From contig NC_043002.1 of the NCBI RefSeq assembly GCF_006345805.1, positions 104,346,001 to 104,410,000 on the forward strand: a DNA stretch of 64,000 nucleotides. The letters are read 5' to 3'. This document shows, piece by piece, positions 28,199 through 43,168 of the stretch. The position numbers and the translations under genes are program-made. The DNA is from Octopus sinensis (taxonomy: Eukaryota). Position 1 is the stretch's first letter, and the number at the start of each line of letters is the position of its first letter. A model generated the notes under the pieces. The model saw nothing but the letters and a program-made list of their open reading frames with translations, searched no databases and was not told the DNA's origin.

Positions 28199-28233
<35 letters not shown>

Positions 28234-28377
28234 CTTAAATGCATCTGGTGATCTTGCAGGCCGCTGCTGAGATGAATTTTCATCTCTGTTGTATACGGTG
28301 TTTTCAGTGCAACATATGTACAAGAGAATTTATCTCTCACGAAAACTACAGCTTCGTAGATCACTCTCCCTCCCTCC

Positions 28378-28470
<93 letters not shown>

Positions 28471-29714
28471 TTGTCACAATTATTCAGTAGTCGTGATAAT
28501 CATGATTATCATGGCTACCAAATAATTGTCACAAATACTTACAGATAAATTTCTCTATTTACATAATATCGAGGTCTCTTTATATATGTATGTATATATA
28601 TATATATGTGTGTATGTATATATATATATATATATATTTGTACAGATTTTATATATTAAGAAAAATGAAGTATTTAGAATTTTGGTTAATTATTCATCTA
28701 ATGATTTCATCTGGTTTCAGAAATTCGTCATGAATGATATTTTAGAGAAAAATTATGAATAAAATTTCTACTGTCCCAGAAATAAACATTTTCTTTCCTT
28801 TCCCCTTTTTCCTTCTGCACGCCATACAATGAAGCCCCTAAAATTTAGGGCATTATACTTACACATTAGCTAGATTTAGAATGGTTCGTATAAATTTCTC
28901 ATGTAAAAATGAGATAAGGTTACGTCGGACAAATAACGTGAATGCGTACCATATTCGAATGTGAATATGGTGTCACAAAATATTTGTTTTACAAACTACC
29001 CATATGCTTATACAGAGCGAAACCTACAAGAATCCCATTTGTCATTCTAAATGTAAAGGTCACTTAGATAGATACATAGGATGGAGTATCGAATGTGGTG
29101 GTTGTTGGTTAGTTTTCTAGAAGGAACACTTTAATGTCTGTGGAAACATAGCTTATAATCATAGGAAGCGATGAAACCTCGATAATGTACTCATTCATAC
29201 CCGTTAAAATTGACATTTTACAGCTGTTTGTCATTAATCATGTCTCTCTTGGCAACCAGGGTGGCCTAAAAAAAAAGAAAAAAAGAAAATACAAAGCAAA
29301 GACAACAACGTCACGAAAATGAAAAAAAAAAGTGAGTTTCACTCCATGCGGAAGCAATAGCGGTCACATCTCGTCCAAGTCACCTAGTGCCAAAGAACGA
29401 ATGAAAAGAACTTTACAAGAAAAATATCTGGATAATAAAACGGACGAAATAACGAAATCTTTATTATGAAACCACCCAAAACATATTTTTCCTCTTCTTG
29501 CACTTCTCCCTGTCTTCCCTAATTGCGTCTTCCCCCTCTCCACCTTCTCTCTCTCTCTCTCTCTCCACTATATTTAAAACACTAATATTTCATTTTACTG
29601 AGCTTAATTTATGCAATTCTAATTAATCATGATTTTTTTGATTTTAGTTTATTTTAAAAAGACTGAAAACCCACCTTAACAACAACAATAAAAATAATTT
29701 CAATTTTTATTAAT

Positions 29715-30340
<626 letters not shown>

Positions 30341-31127
30341 GATTTTTGCTTCTCCCCTCGCACCCCCCTTTTCTTTTGCAACGGTGGAAAGAAAAACCGA
30401 AACTGGATCTAAATAAAAACCCGGTACTTTTTTACTATCGCTGATAAAGAACAGTGAAACGTTAATTAATATATCTATAATAGCGATTGGGTGCAACAAA
30501 GTGGCAAGGAAATGAAATTTGGCAGAGCAAATGTGGAATGTAAAGGCGGAGAAATCAGATAAGAACGCCAGAGAAGAAAGTGACGAATGAATGGTTGAAT
30601 GGTGTATTCTAATGATAGTTCTGGCATTGGTGTTGCCTCCTTCTGTATCAAAGAGAACCAGATAATGGTTTACATATTACGAAAAATCAGTAGCAATGGC
30701 GGCTTTATTGGATTTCATTTCGGTCTGGGATAGGAAGATAGAATTAAAGGAGTGTTGCAGTTATTGATGTTTGTAACAATGCTTGTTGTTGCTGTAGTTG
30801 CTGTTGTTGTTGTTGTTGCTGTTTTTGTCGGCGTGGTAGTGGTTGTGGTGGTGGTAGTGGTACATTTTTTTTTTCATTTATTTATATCATCTCATTGCGC
30901 AGGGTATTTATGAGAGTTCACGTGTGTGCACAGGTGTATATATACATGTGTACATGTGGAAGTGAACGTGGGTGCGTTCGCCAACGTGCAAGAATACACA
31001 GCGCGCACGCGTCTCTTTGAGAGTAGAGGTGCGCGTCTTTTTGTACGTGTCTAAATGTATGCTTTCACATGCGGTTACACATGTATATGCGCATGTGTGT
31101 ACGTATACATATGTGTATGTATAGATA

Positions 31128-31177
<50 letters not shown>

Positions 31178-31290
31178 TATATACATACACACACATATAT
31201 ATATATACACACATACATACATATATATATGCATATATATATACGTAAATACATTCACACATATAAATACCACACATATATATATATAAT

Positions 31291-31366
<76 letters not shown>

Positions 31367-31574
31367 TACGTAAATACATTCACACATATAAATACATATA
31401 TATGTGTTAATGTGTGTGTATAAATACATCGAAATATATACGTGAATGTATGTATACATATGCAAATATATATTATATATACATGAATGTGTGTGTGTGT
31501 GTGTGTGTGTGTATAGACAGAAGGGGATATATATATATATGTGTGTGTTTGTGTCTGTGTGTGTCTAGACAGAG

Positions 31575-31617
<43 letters not shown>

Positions 31618-32392
31618 CACACATTGATATGTGCATACAAGCATACACACATGCACACATACTGACATTCATACACGCACAAAATACTCCCTCTCACGAT
31701 CGCTGTCAAAGCACGCACTAACACGAGCACACGCACAGACGCGTGCACGGGTTTCGACATCTGCGCAGTTCGTACGTGTGTGTGTATGCACGTAGTTACG
31801 AATTTATACGTGGTTGTGGGGGTGCGTGAAAGATTGTACAACTCTGTATGTATTAACATGTCTGTGTATGCTTATGTGCATATGTATGTGTAAACGTGTG
31901 GTTATGCGATTCGTCCATAGCATTCGTATGAGTGTATGCGCCGTTATAAGTGTGGAAATGTGCGTATGAGTGAGTAAATGTGTATGCGAAGAAACCAATC
32001 GTTTAGGATGGAAATTCTGATAAAAAGAAATAGAAATGGAAAGATGAATGGAGTTATCAGCAAATTATTACGGAAGTGTGATGAGAATGACTCTGAAGAA
32101 CGGGGTGAAGGTTAACAGTAAGGTATGCTTAGTTAATTATATTTTCTAAAAGACGGGGAAGCTGTGGGTGTGCGGGTGGTGGGTGGGGAGAAGAAAGACG
32201 AAATACGAGTGAAGAAAATGAGTTAGGATAATTGAGATAGGAAACCTTATCCATAATAATAATAATAGTAATAATACTAATAATAATAATGATAATAATA
32301 ATAATAATAATAAAAGTAATAATAGTAATAGTAATAATAATAATAATAATAATAATTACAACGACAATAACAGCAACAACAACAACAACAAC

Positions 32393-32454
<62 letters not shown>

Positions 32455-32800
32455 TAATAATAATAATAATAGGAGGAGGAAAAACATTGAAAGGTTATCT
32501 CATATTGCCCGTGGTATCTGTCTGTGTGATATTTGCAGAGTAAGCTTTTTCGTTTTCGCAAAATATGAAATCGGAGAATTATCAATGTCAGTGATGGAAT
32601 GCCACTAAATCTACGGCTGAAATTCGCGCGCATTTTTTTTTTCCCGTTTTTGTTATTGTTGCTGTTAATCCTCAGGTCAACTCTGATCGAGCAAAGTTAC
32701 CATGAAGAATGGTTCAGCATTGTCTCAGCTGCTTGTTTTTTTTTTGCTTTTGTCCTCGGTGTCTATGATATCTTACAGTTATTCTAATATTTACGATGGT

Positions 32801-33420
32801 TAAGGCGGCGAGCTGGCAGAAGTGTTAGCACAACGGACGAAATGCTCTTTGGTATTTCGTCCGCCGCGGCGTTCTGAGTTCAAATTCCGCCGAGGTCGAC
32901 TTTGCCTTTCATCCTTTCGGGGTTGATTAAATAAGTACCACTTACGCACTGGGGTCGATATAATCGACTTAATACCTTTGTCTGTCCTTGTTTGTCCTCT
33001 CTATGTTTAGCCCCTTGTGAATAATAAAGAAAAAAGAAACGTTAGCATGCAGGGCGAAATGCTTAGCGGTATTTCGTCTGCCGTTACGTTCTGAGTTCAA
33101 ATTCTGCCGAGGTCGACTTTGCCTTTCATCCTTTCGGGGTCGATTAAATAAGTACCACTTACGCACTGGGGTCGATATAATCGTCTTAATCCGTTTGTCT
33201 GTCCTTGTTTGTCCTCTCTGTGTTTAGCCCCTTGTGGGTGGTAAAGAAATAGAAATAGGTATTTCGTTTGTCTTTACGGTTTAAGTTCAAATTCCGCTGA
33301 GGTCAACTTTGCCTTTCATCCCTTTCTGGCTCGATATATTAAGTACCCGTTGCGTACTGGGGTCGATCTAATCGACTGGCCTCCCTCCCCCAAAATTTCA
33401 GGCCATGTGCCTAGAGAACA
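32801..33420 (+). mobile_element. Three head-to-tail SINE family 3 copies
   Basis: Repeated GTTCAAATTC...GAGGTCGACTTTGCCTTTCATCC...GGGGTCGAT blocks at ~32880, ~33095 and ~33285. Confidence 0.88.
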
Positions 33421-33515
33421 AAGTAATATTTGTGATGGTCGATCTGCACTTAGAGGAAATATAATTGCTATTTCTATAAAGATGATCGATCACTTGTTGA
33501 TTCCTGAATTCATAA

Positions 33516-33997
33516 GTATCGATTAACTATCATATATATTGATTAGGTGTACAACTTATTGAGTAGCAGTGTATTTCATTGATTAGATACGTCGCATATT
33601 GATTAGATGTGCATTGTATCGAACACTTGTAGAATACATTGCTTACTTGCTGAATGTATTGATAACCTGTGCAATGTATTGATTAAGTGTACAATGCATT
33701 GATTTCTTGTGTAATTTATTGATTAGCTGTACGATGTGTTGATTAGCTGTGCTGTGTATTGATCACCTCTGCAATATATCGATTAACTATTCAATGATTT
33801 AAAAACATTTGCAAGGTATTGATTATCAACGCAGTTTATTGATTATCTGTGCAAAATATCGATTATTTGTGCAATGTTTTGATTTGCTTGTCCATGTATT
33901 GATTACATGTACAATGTATTGATCAGTAATGCAAAATTATGACCATCTGTGCAAATGTTTTGATTGCCTGTACAAATATATTGATAGCTTGTGGAAC
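33516..33997. repeat. Diverged 20-bp minisatellite, about 24 units, consensus GTATTGATTAGCTGTGCAAT
   Basis: Units parsed by eye keep a 20-nt register (two 21-nt units at the end), with recurring ATTGAT/ATCGAT. Confidence 0.85.
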
Positions 33998-34160
33998 ATG
34001 TGGGATTCGCCCTTTGACAAATGTGGGAAAATCAGTGACAGGTTGACAGGGACCTTCCTTCTAGATTTAAATCACTCACTTTCTCTCACAATCAATTGTT
34101 CAGCTCCCATCAGTAAATGTATGCGAACCAACGAGGAAAACTTCATACTGTTACACTCTA

Positions 34161-34461
34161 TTTGTTTGTTCCTTCTCGAGCCATGCCTGGCTCATAAGGG
34201 CCAGTTTCCCGGTTTCTTGGTGTATAGGTCCCCCACCTGGACGGGACGCCAGTCCGTCGCAGATGAGCTGCAAGATGCAGGAGGAAAGAGTGAAAGTTGT
34301 GGTGAAAGAGTCAGCAGAAGTTCGCCATTACCTTCTGCCGGAGCCGCGTGGAGCTTATGTGCTTTCGCTCATAAACACACACATCGCCCGGTCCGAGATT
34401 CGAACCCGCGAGCCCGCAACCGCGAGTCCGCTGCTCTAACCACTAGGCCATGTGCCTCCAC
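34161..34461 (-). mobile_element. tRNA-Arg-like-headed SINE with alternative (V-SINE-like) tail
   Basis: Head matches family 2A; tail (minus strand) CTGCGACGGACTGGCGTCCCGTCCAGG...GAAACCGGG differs from the other copies. Confidence 0.75.
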
Positions 34462-34985
34462 TACACTCTATTTCCTGGAACTAGGACAAGCTGTCTTAGA
34501 ATATATATTTGTGACATTAGGATGAAATCGCTCTTTAGGTAACCCTGCAGTTCTTCACAGAAACAGCCACAACAATAACAATTCGATGGCACAATTTGTT
34601 TGTTAACTAATTTGAATATAAGTCTACATAACAAGGACTCAATTATGGCTCAGCATCAAGAGCATCTTGAGGGATGGCACGTTATACTTGACCTGTTACA
34701 AAGAAAGGAAATCAAACTGAACTAATATGATACTGAATATAATATTCATGAGTCGAAGCTGGATTAGTCACGATTGGATTGCTTTTGAACAAAGGTCTAC
34801 TTCATCACAGATGGCTTCGGGATGAAAACCGTAACAACAACAATAACATCAAAAAATAAATCTGAATACTGTCGCTGCATATTTGCCCAAAAATAATCGG
34901 CGTCTATTATATATTTGTAGTCTTCTAATGCAAACAAATTGCAAACATCTGCTCAGAAAGGAAATAACGTATATATATATATATG

Positions 34986-35043
<58 letters not shown>

Positions 35044-35694
35044 TATATATATATAATATGTATTAGAGATAAAATCACTATTAGGCAACTCAAATAGTGA
35101 TAGACATAAACCAATACATAAAAAACAAATAATATAAATATAATGAATATAATATATATATATGACGAGTAAAACAAAATAAAAATATATATATTTCAAC
35201 AAGTCTTCTACCCCAAAGTCCTTATTGGTTCTTGTCGCAGTAATACAGTCACAGACGTGGAAAATAACTGGTATTTCTCTTACTGGTCAGAGATCTGTCT
35301 AGGACCAGTGCAACCTCGTGCGATACATTGTAGAGCGAATTATAAGAGAGACTGCGTTATGATGAGCATCCAATTATTAATTGCAGCCTATAGCTTCTAA
35401 AAATGTCAACCATACTTAACTGGAAGGTGCCTTTAACATAGTAGCTGCTTTTTCATCTGATATAAGATGTTACATCAATAAAACACACGAATGGAATCCG
35501 TTTAGGAATAAACTACCACCTGTCGTAACAATTTCTGTTTGTATATGAAGTCTGGTAGTAATGACTCTTCAAATATTTTCTCTTCATTTTGCCGTTCGAA
35601 GTATCATTATGTAGACATAAAACCTTGCTTCGAATCCTGTTCTAGCTCCGACACAAGATAAACTCATCTGCAAACAAGGGTGACGTTACCTTTA

Positions 35695-35758
<64 letters not shown>

Positions 35759-35759
35759 T

Positions 35760-36130
35760 AAGGTGGCGAGCTGGCAAAATTGTTTCCACGTGGGGCGAAA
35801 TTCTTAGTTGTATTTCGTCTGTCGCTACGTTCTCTGTTCAAATTCCACCGAGGTGGACTTTGCCTTCCACCCCATCAGTATCGATAAAATACGTACCAGT
35901 TACGCACGGGGGTCGATATAATTGACTAGTCCCCTTCCATCAAAATTTTCAAGGCCTTGTGCCTAAAATAGATATAATTATCATGTTTGAAACATCAAAA
36001 TTGACGAGCTGGTAGACTCGATAACACACGGACAATATTTTTAGCGGCATTTTTCTTACGGCTCCGAGTTCAAATACCACCGACATCAAATTTGCCTTTT
36101 ATCCTATCGGGGTCGACAAAACAAAGTATC
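35760..36130 (+). mobile_element. SINE family 3 copy plus diverged second copy
   Basis: Homology to 32801-33035. Confidence 0.78.
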
Positions 36131-36718
36131 CAACAGAATTCTATGGATGAGTAATCAACTTTGATCCTTTTCTAAACTTACCTTGGGCTAAAATTTGAAA
36201 CCCATTGTTTTTGATAGATCAGAATTCTCAGTCCGAAGCATCATAAAAAGTAAGTACCATAAAATAAAAAGAGTACACCTTAACCGATACGGTTAGTTGA
36301 AAGCTTCTAACTATCTACCTGGACCGTCATGTCCAGGTAGGGTAGTAACTTCCGTTGTTCGACCAGAGATCCAGTTAAGTTATTTGGTTTCATGGTAAGG
36401 GAAGGAAAAGACAAACACCTTGTGGTTCAGGGCATTGAGACATCTCAAACGAAAATGGACTGAGAAGATCTTCTTTAAACACTGACTTGAATTGGATAAC
36501 ACTTGCCACCCTTCAGTAATGCATAAAATTATGATGAGTTCGTTTGGGAAACAACTGACGATATTGAAACGTAGGCCCTGTTGCTTTTTATGGAAGAGTG
36601 AGTTCCTCCTGATCAATATTTCCATTTCTTGAACTATTCTAGGATTTTGAGATGACATGGCTGATAGCATGGAAGCAATCGCTAAAGCTGATCGCATGAG
36701 TAAGGATGTTAGTTTAGT

Positions 36719-37107
36719 GGAATGGAAGCACTCCGTCGGTTACGACGACGAGGGTTCCGGTTGATCCGATCAACGGAACAGCCTGCTCGTGAAATTAACG
36801 TGTAAGTGGCTGAGCACTCCACAGACACGTGTACCCTTAACGCAGTTCTCAGGGATATTCAGCGTGACACAGAGAGTGACAAGGCCGGCCCTTTGAAATA
36901 CAGGTACAACAGAAACAGGAAGTGAGAGTGAGAGAAAGTTGTGGTGAAAGAGTACAGCAGGGTCCACCACCATCCCCTGCCGGAGCCTCGTGGAACTTTT
37001 AGGTGTTTTCGCTCAATAAACACTCACAACGCCCGGTCTGGGAATCGAAATCGCGATCCTACGACCACGAGTCCGCTGCCCTAACCACTGGGCCATTGCG
37101 CCTCCAC
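36719..37107 (-). mobile_element. SINE family 2A (tRNA-Arg-like head) with 11-bp TSD
   Basis: Head GTGGAGGCGCAATGGCCCAGTGGTTAGG...TTCGATTCC; TSD GTTAGTTTAGT at 36708-36718 and 37108-37118. Confidence 0.93.
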
Positions 37108-37572
37108 GTTAGTTTAGTACCGCAAAGAGGTGAAGCAAATCTTTTCTTTGTTGCTACGACGAGTCTTTACGAAGGTGATTTCCGAGACGAGTGCGGGCAA
37201 GACCGATGTTTAGTAACTGTCTTTTTACAAGTTGCTTACTTCAAATCATCACTTAAAATAAGGATGAGAGAGAGAGAGATAGGGGGGGAGATAGAGAGAG
37301 GAAGAAAGAGAGACAAAGATAGAGAATCAAACATCGCTTTGTAAGGAGGTTAGTGTATGTCTGAGCGGTGAGAGTTTTGGAGCGATGTCGATCGTTCATG
37401 AGAGGGTTTTAGAAGTTTATTCTGAATACAATTCTTAGATAATTTCTTATGGTAGTAGGTCTTGCTGCACTTCAACTGGTATTGTCTTTCCGAAACGAGG
37501 CACGGAATCGTCAATAATCGTAGCCGCTTAGGAAAAATGCTGGACAACAACTCCGCCAGGCACCCAGACTGT

Positions 37573-37957
37573 GGAAGCACTCCGTTGGTTACGACGATGA
37601 GGGTTCCGGTTGATCCAAATCAACGGAACAGCCTGCTCGTGAAATTAACGTGTAAGTGGCTGAGCACTCCACAGACACGTCCACCCTTAACGTAGCTCTC
37701 GGGGATATTCAGCGTGACACAGAGAGTGACAAGGCCGGCCCCTTGAAATACAGGTACAACAGAAACAGGAAGTAAGAGTGAGAGAAAGTTGTGGTGAAAG
37801 AGTACAGCAGGGTTCACCACCATCCCCTGCAGGCGCCTTGTGAAGCTTTTAGGTGTTTTCGCTCAATAAACACTCACAACGCCCGGTCTGGGAATCGCAA
37901 CCGCGATCCTATGACCGCGAGTTCGCTGCCGTAACCACTCGGCAATTGCGCCTCCAC
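37573..37957 (-). mobile_element. SINE family 2A copy
   Basis: Highly similar to 36719-37107; flanked by CAGACTGT on both sides. Confidence 0.92.
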
Positions 37958-38939
37958 ACGCAGACTGTATGTGTGTGCGCATTTATGATATATTGTTATA
38001 TTTTGAACAACTCTAATTAAATCCGCGAAAGAGTATTTTTCCGTATGATAAATAAGGTGTGAGAAGAATTGTTTGAGAAGAGAACCTTTCAAATTAAATC
38101 CTAATGACATTTATCAAGCAGCATTAGTGGAGGAGGAAGAGGATATAATTGGAAGAAGTGCTGCATTAAAGGAAATATATGGAAGCTTGCCGAGAGCGTT
38201 CAACTAGGAGTGAATAAATGGGTATAGAATAAATAAGCGTCTATAGTATGTTAGAACGGTTTGGGGAAGTAACTTCACTTTGATACGCAATGGTAATCAT
38301 AGTGCGAAGGGTACCTCAGATCTTATTGTGTGGGTTTTCCTCCCTCCATTTCTGGATCTTTAATTCTCTACTTTATATATATTGAAAAGCCATAAAACGT
38401 GTGGCCTGAACCTCCTGGAAAGAAACCTTAGTTAAATCGGAACAGCCCCCGTTGGCAGGATGGTCAGTCGTCCGCTGACACTCGTTGGCGCTGCATCGAA
38501 GAGGCCAGGAAACAGAAGAAAGAAACAATTCACTGAACACCAGAGCTAAAGACACCTCCGAAAGTGGGGATCCCGCCACGTCGAAAACGTTAGAGGAGTA
38601 GGCGTCGAAAAGGGACATGGTTCCTCCTGATGATGTCTTTAGCCACTGGATCCTATAAAAGAGCTGTTGAGGTAGCAAACCACGAAACGCAGTTTGAATT
38701 CCATTCCTGTGTAATTCGTTCTATTATTCACCTTGAAAATCTTGGAGTCCTTTAGCTTATGAACTTAATCATCATCATCTGACCGAATCAGTGGAGCGTC
38801 GCAGCGGATGCTTTCGATGTTTGTTATGACTTTTTACATAAAGATTAACATTCCGTCCATGTCAGCTTCAGGTTTCAACCGTCTTGGGTGTGGTATCTCC
38901 ATCCGTTTCTGATTTCAAATACTGTCAGAGTCAATTTGG

Positions 38940-39800
38940 CCTTTTATTCCCCTGGCTCATAGCAAATCGATGATCCCGTAAAGAGATGAAAGTCAGAAGG
39001 AGAGAGAGATCTAGATTGTATGCAAGGTACTCCAGTAATTCGAAAGCCAATTTCTCAATGGTTTCAACAGTGTGGGTAGCCGTGTGTGGACGTACATTGT
39101 TGTGCACCAATAACACATGCTTTGACAAAAGACCTCAGCGAATTCATTCTGTTAGCCAACATTTTAGCGTAGCTTGCACTAGTGAATTTAGACTCATTCT
39201 CCGGGTAACGATCAAGTATAGGCCTTTTTGCGTCCGAGGAAACTGCTAGCATCACCTTTTATTTGCGGAGGCTGAGGCGTGAATTTCTTTTTCGGTGGTG
39301 ATTTCGCGTGTTACATTTCATATTTTGCATTTTGAATTCTGGTTCAATATAAGGCAGCTGAGTCTCATCTCCTATGACATTTCTCTCCAAAACAAGCTTC
39401 GCCTTCGTCGTTGTATCGGTCGAGTAAGCGTTGAGAGATTTCCACACGATTGCTCCTATGCATTTCGGTAAAGTCTCTTGGCACTCATCTCGCACAGACT
39501 TTACGGACTAATTTGCAGAGATGGCTATGCGTTCATTCAACAGAACCACTTCAGTTTTGGAGTTTGATTGGCGTTTTCATCCTTCTTCGTGCTTCATCAT
39601 TGTCCGACCATTTTAAGATCTCCCGATCCGCTCATACACATTTCGGCGTGGTAGAGCTCTGTAAACGTATTGTAATGAGAGCCTGCGATGGATTTCAAAC
39701 ACTGAATCAGCTTCAGACCAGAGAAATTGGATAACTGATTTTTGCTCTTCCTTGTTGCCCACTGCCAGCGGATCAGTCATACTTATTCTGTAACAGAAGA
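38940..39800 (-). pseudogene. Decayed near-full-length mariner transposase
   Basis: N-terminus KEEQKSVIQFLWSE...EIHRRLS.QY...LPRRNVYE; catalytic region VLLVHNNVRPHTATHTVETIEKL.FELLEYLAYNLDLS (HDNARPHTA / YSPDLAP equivalents). Confidence 0.85.
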
Positions 39801-40479
39801 AATAAAATGGAAAGATCGAGACCAAAACTCAGCTAAATAACCACAACAGTAACACCGTTTGTACGCGAGCTCTCAAAGCAGTGCAACCAACCTAAAGAAA
39901 GGGGATAAAGATTGACTTCTCGTAGTCCGAATCGAGAATTGAATTCAACAGCATAGACTATCGCTCTACCACTAAAAATGGTTGTCTTGTGCATAAAATC
40001 ACATGCTGTTATGACTTTATCGCTCGGCATAATGCCATAATGCTTTGCGTCAATGAAATAGGATATTTTGTTATAAAAGCAGCTTTATTTCTTTCATAAA
40101 AACGGTTTAGGTTACTGGAAAATTATGTAAACGTTCCCATTTCTTTTCCTACTCGCCGTAACACCATCAAAACGTTCAAAGCCCCCTAGCTGTTTCAGAC
40201 TACCTAGTTGTAATCCGGGTAGGGATACCCTTTTTAACTTTCCTAAGGTCTTTTCATGGATACCTCTGTGTTATAGAACGAAAAATTGGTACATTAAAGT
40301 AGCTGTTTGAGACTGAAATCATTCGTAGAATGCACATTTTACGGTGAAAAGTGAAAATATAATCACAGACATCATCAACATCATCGTCATCAGTATCAGC
40401 AACAGCAGCGCCACAGCCACAATCACCGCCATCACACTAATCACCATCATTAACGCTACATCACAATCATCATCATAAC

Positions 40480-40861
40480 CATTACTATCCTACTACTACT
40501 AATACCACCACCCCGATCATCATCATCATCATCATCATGTTCATCGTCATCATTATCAGCTGCAAAAGCGACGGAAGTGGCGGCGGCGGCGGCAGTAGTA
40601 ACAACAATAGTAGAAATTGCAACATTACGAGTAGCATTATCACCAACATTATTCTCTTCTATTTATCAATAGCATCATCAACATCATCATCATCATCATC
40701 AACATCGTCGTCGTCGTCGTCGTCGTCATCATCATCATCATCATCATCATCACCATCATCATCATCATCGTCGTCGTCGTCGTCGGTGTCATCATCATCA
40801 TCATCACCATCATCATCATCATCGTCGTCGTCGTCGTCATCATCATCATCATCATCACCAT

Positions 40862-40894
<33 letters not shown>

Positions 40895-40954
40895 TATCAA
40901 CACCACCATCATCATCATCATTATCACCACGACCACCATCATCATCATCATTAT

Positions 40955-40997
<43 letters not shown>

Positions 40998-41040
40998 GTC
41001 ATCATCGTCGTCGTCGCCATCGACGTCATTATCATTATCA
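40480..41040. repeat. (CAT)n/(CGT)n compound microsatellite
   Basis: Directly visible. Confidence 0.93.
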
Positions 41041-42403
41041 TCTCATTTTTCATTCCTTCATTCATTATATAACACAGTTGTTCTGTACCCCCCTCCTTCT
41101 TCCTCTCCTTCAAATATCTTAACCTTGACCTCATCCTTTCCACCCCTACCCCTGAACAAACTCATCACCACAACCACCCTGCTACTAATGTCTCCTTCAA
41201 CTGCAACCCATTCGTGAATACTTCACTATTTTCTACAGCTCTTACAGTTGTTGTTGTTTTTGTTGTCGTTGTTGTTGTTGTTCTTCTTCTTCTCTTCATT
41301 CTCCTTTTTCTTTTTCCTTTTTTTATTTTGTTTCTCTTTTCTCTTTTTTTTTGTTTGTTATTTGTGAACCCAACCACTTCCTCAAAGACCTAAACACATT
41401 CTTTTTCTCTCTGTTACCTTCAAAATCAATGTTATCTGTTTTCACACTCCCCTCCTTCCCGAATCTTTCAAAAGACTGACAGTTGAAATAAGATAATTGA
41501 TATTTCCCTCTGCTAAAATTATTATTTTCAAATCCCCTAAAAGTAACTATTAGGTTTATTTTATTCTTATTTCATTGTTTCTTTTACGCTTCCACCCCGC
41601 TCCATTTATTATTCTTTATATTCCACTCTTTCATACGCCCCCCCCCCTCCACAAGCTTCTGCAACTGTATATTTGTCTTCATATGATGTGGGTGGTTTGT
41701 CCATCATTTAGATAATAATAGTTTTCCTATGTTTATTCATTTGGTTCTTTTGTCTTTTTTTCCTTTTGTTTTCCATCAAATTATTTTTGATTTATTCTAT
41801 TAGTATTTTATTCTGCATGGTTATGTATTTATTTATTTTTTATTTTACAGGTCAGCAATTCTTAAATTGAAAATTACCCATTGGGCGAAAAAAGAATTCC
41901 ACTAGGGCCATTTTTTTTTTCTACAATTGATCCCCTTGAAAGAGTTCTTCTCATTAATATCATTTCCAAGTCAGAATAAACGAGCCTCTCCTATTGAATT
42001 AGTTCTCATTGTGGCAAATACATCAGAAATAATCAGGTGAATTAATTGTATGTTGCCAACTTCGAGAAAATCAATTCTGCATAATAAACGTAAGATTGAC
42101 GTGTGTGCAGTATATATTAATCAGTAAAGCTAACACGTAGCTAAATTTGATATTTAAAATGTTAAAACGATTAAGATAAATTAGTCAGAAATTTAAGTGG
42201 AAAACAAAAAGGAAATATAGAACAAATAACAACCAGAAAAAATAGAAGAAAATATGATCAATGAAACACTTCACTGGTAAAAGGTAAAAATACCACTTAA
42301 AGATCTCCATAAAATAATAATATATATATACGCAGAGTCCTACTAACAAGCACATATATCTTTGCATGTGACTATATAGAAATCTGTGTACACACAGATA
42401 TAT

Positions 42404-42442
<39 letters not shown>

Positions 42443-42611
42443 TATATATATATGTATGTAAGTATGTATACAGTCACACCCACACAAATACCATCTCACT
42501 TCACACACACACGCACATATATACATATATACACATTGATATCCATGAACACACTCATGCATACGGGACTAAAGTCCGATAAGTTTTCTTTCGTTCTCTC
42601 TCTTCTATAAA

Positions 42612-42936
42612 AAAGACTCCGCCGGTTACGACGACGAGGGTCCCAGCTGATACGATCAACGGAACAGCTTGCTCGTGAAATTAACGTGCAAATGGCTGAG
42701 CATTCCACAGACACGTGTACCCTTAACGTAGTTCTCGGGGAAAATCAGCGTGACACAGAGAGTGACAAGGCTGACCCTTTGAAATACAAGTACAACTCAT
42801 TTTTGCCAGCTGAGTGGACTGGAGCAACGTGAAATAAAGTGTCTTGCTCAGGGACACAACGCGTCGCTGGGAATCGAACTCACAACCTTACGATCATGAG
42901 CCGAATGCCCTAACCACTAAGCCACGCGCCCTCACT
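42612..42936 (-). mobile_element. SINE family 2B with 15-bp TSD
   Basis: tRNA-like head, body containing GTTGTGTCCCTGAGCAAGACACTT, same 3' tail as family 2A; TSD TCTCTCTTCTATAAA at 42597-42611 and 42937-42951. Confidence 0.92.
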
Positions 42937-43127
42937 TCTCTCTTCTATAAAGTATCAACCTAATACAATGTTCGTTAAAATGTCTTACTATTCTGCTGTC
43001 TTTTCTGCTTTTGTCCGTCTTTATCGCTTCTGAATGTATATGGAAATTAGCATGCATATATGTGTCTTTATGAATATGCAAATATATACATATAGGAAAT
43101 CACACATACATGCATATATACATACAA

Positions 43128-43168
<41 letters not shown>

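Noticed and set aside
33516-33997. CRISPR-like array
   Set aside because: Contiguous diverged units with no unique spacers, no cas genes, and a eukaryotic context.
36380-36697. 105-aa minus-strand ORF
   Set aside because: No recognisable domain or exon boundaries; length is compatible with chance.
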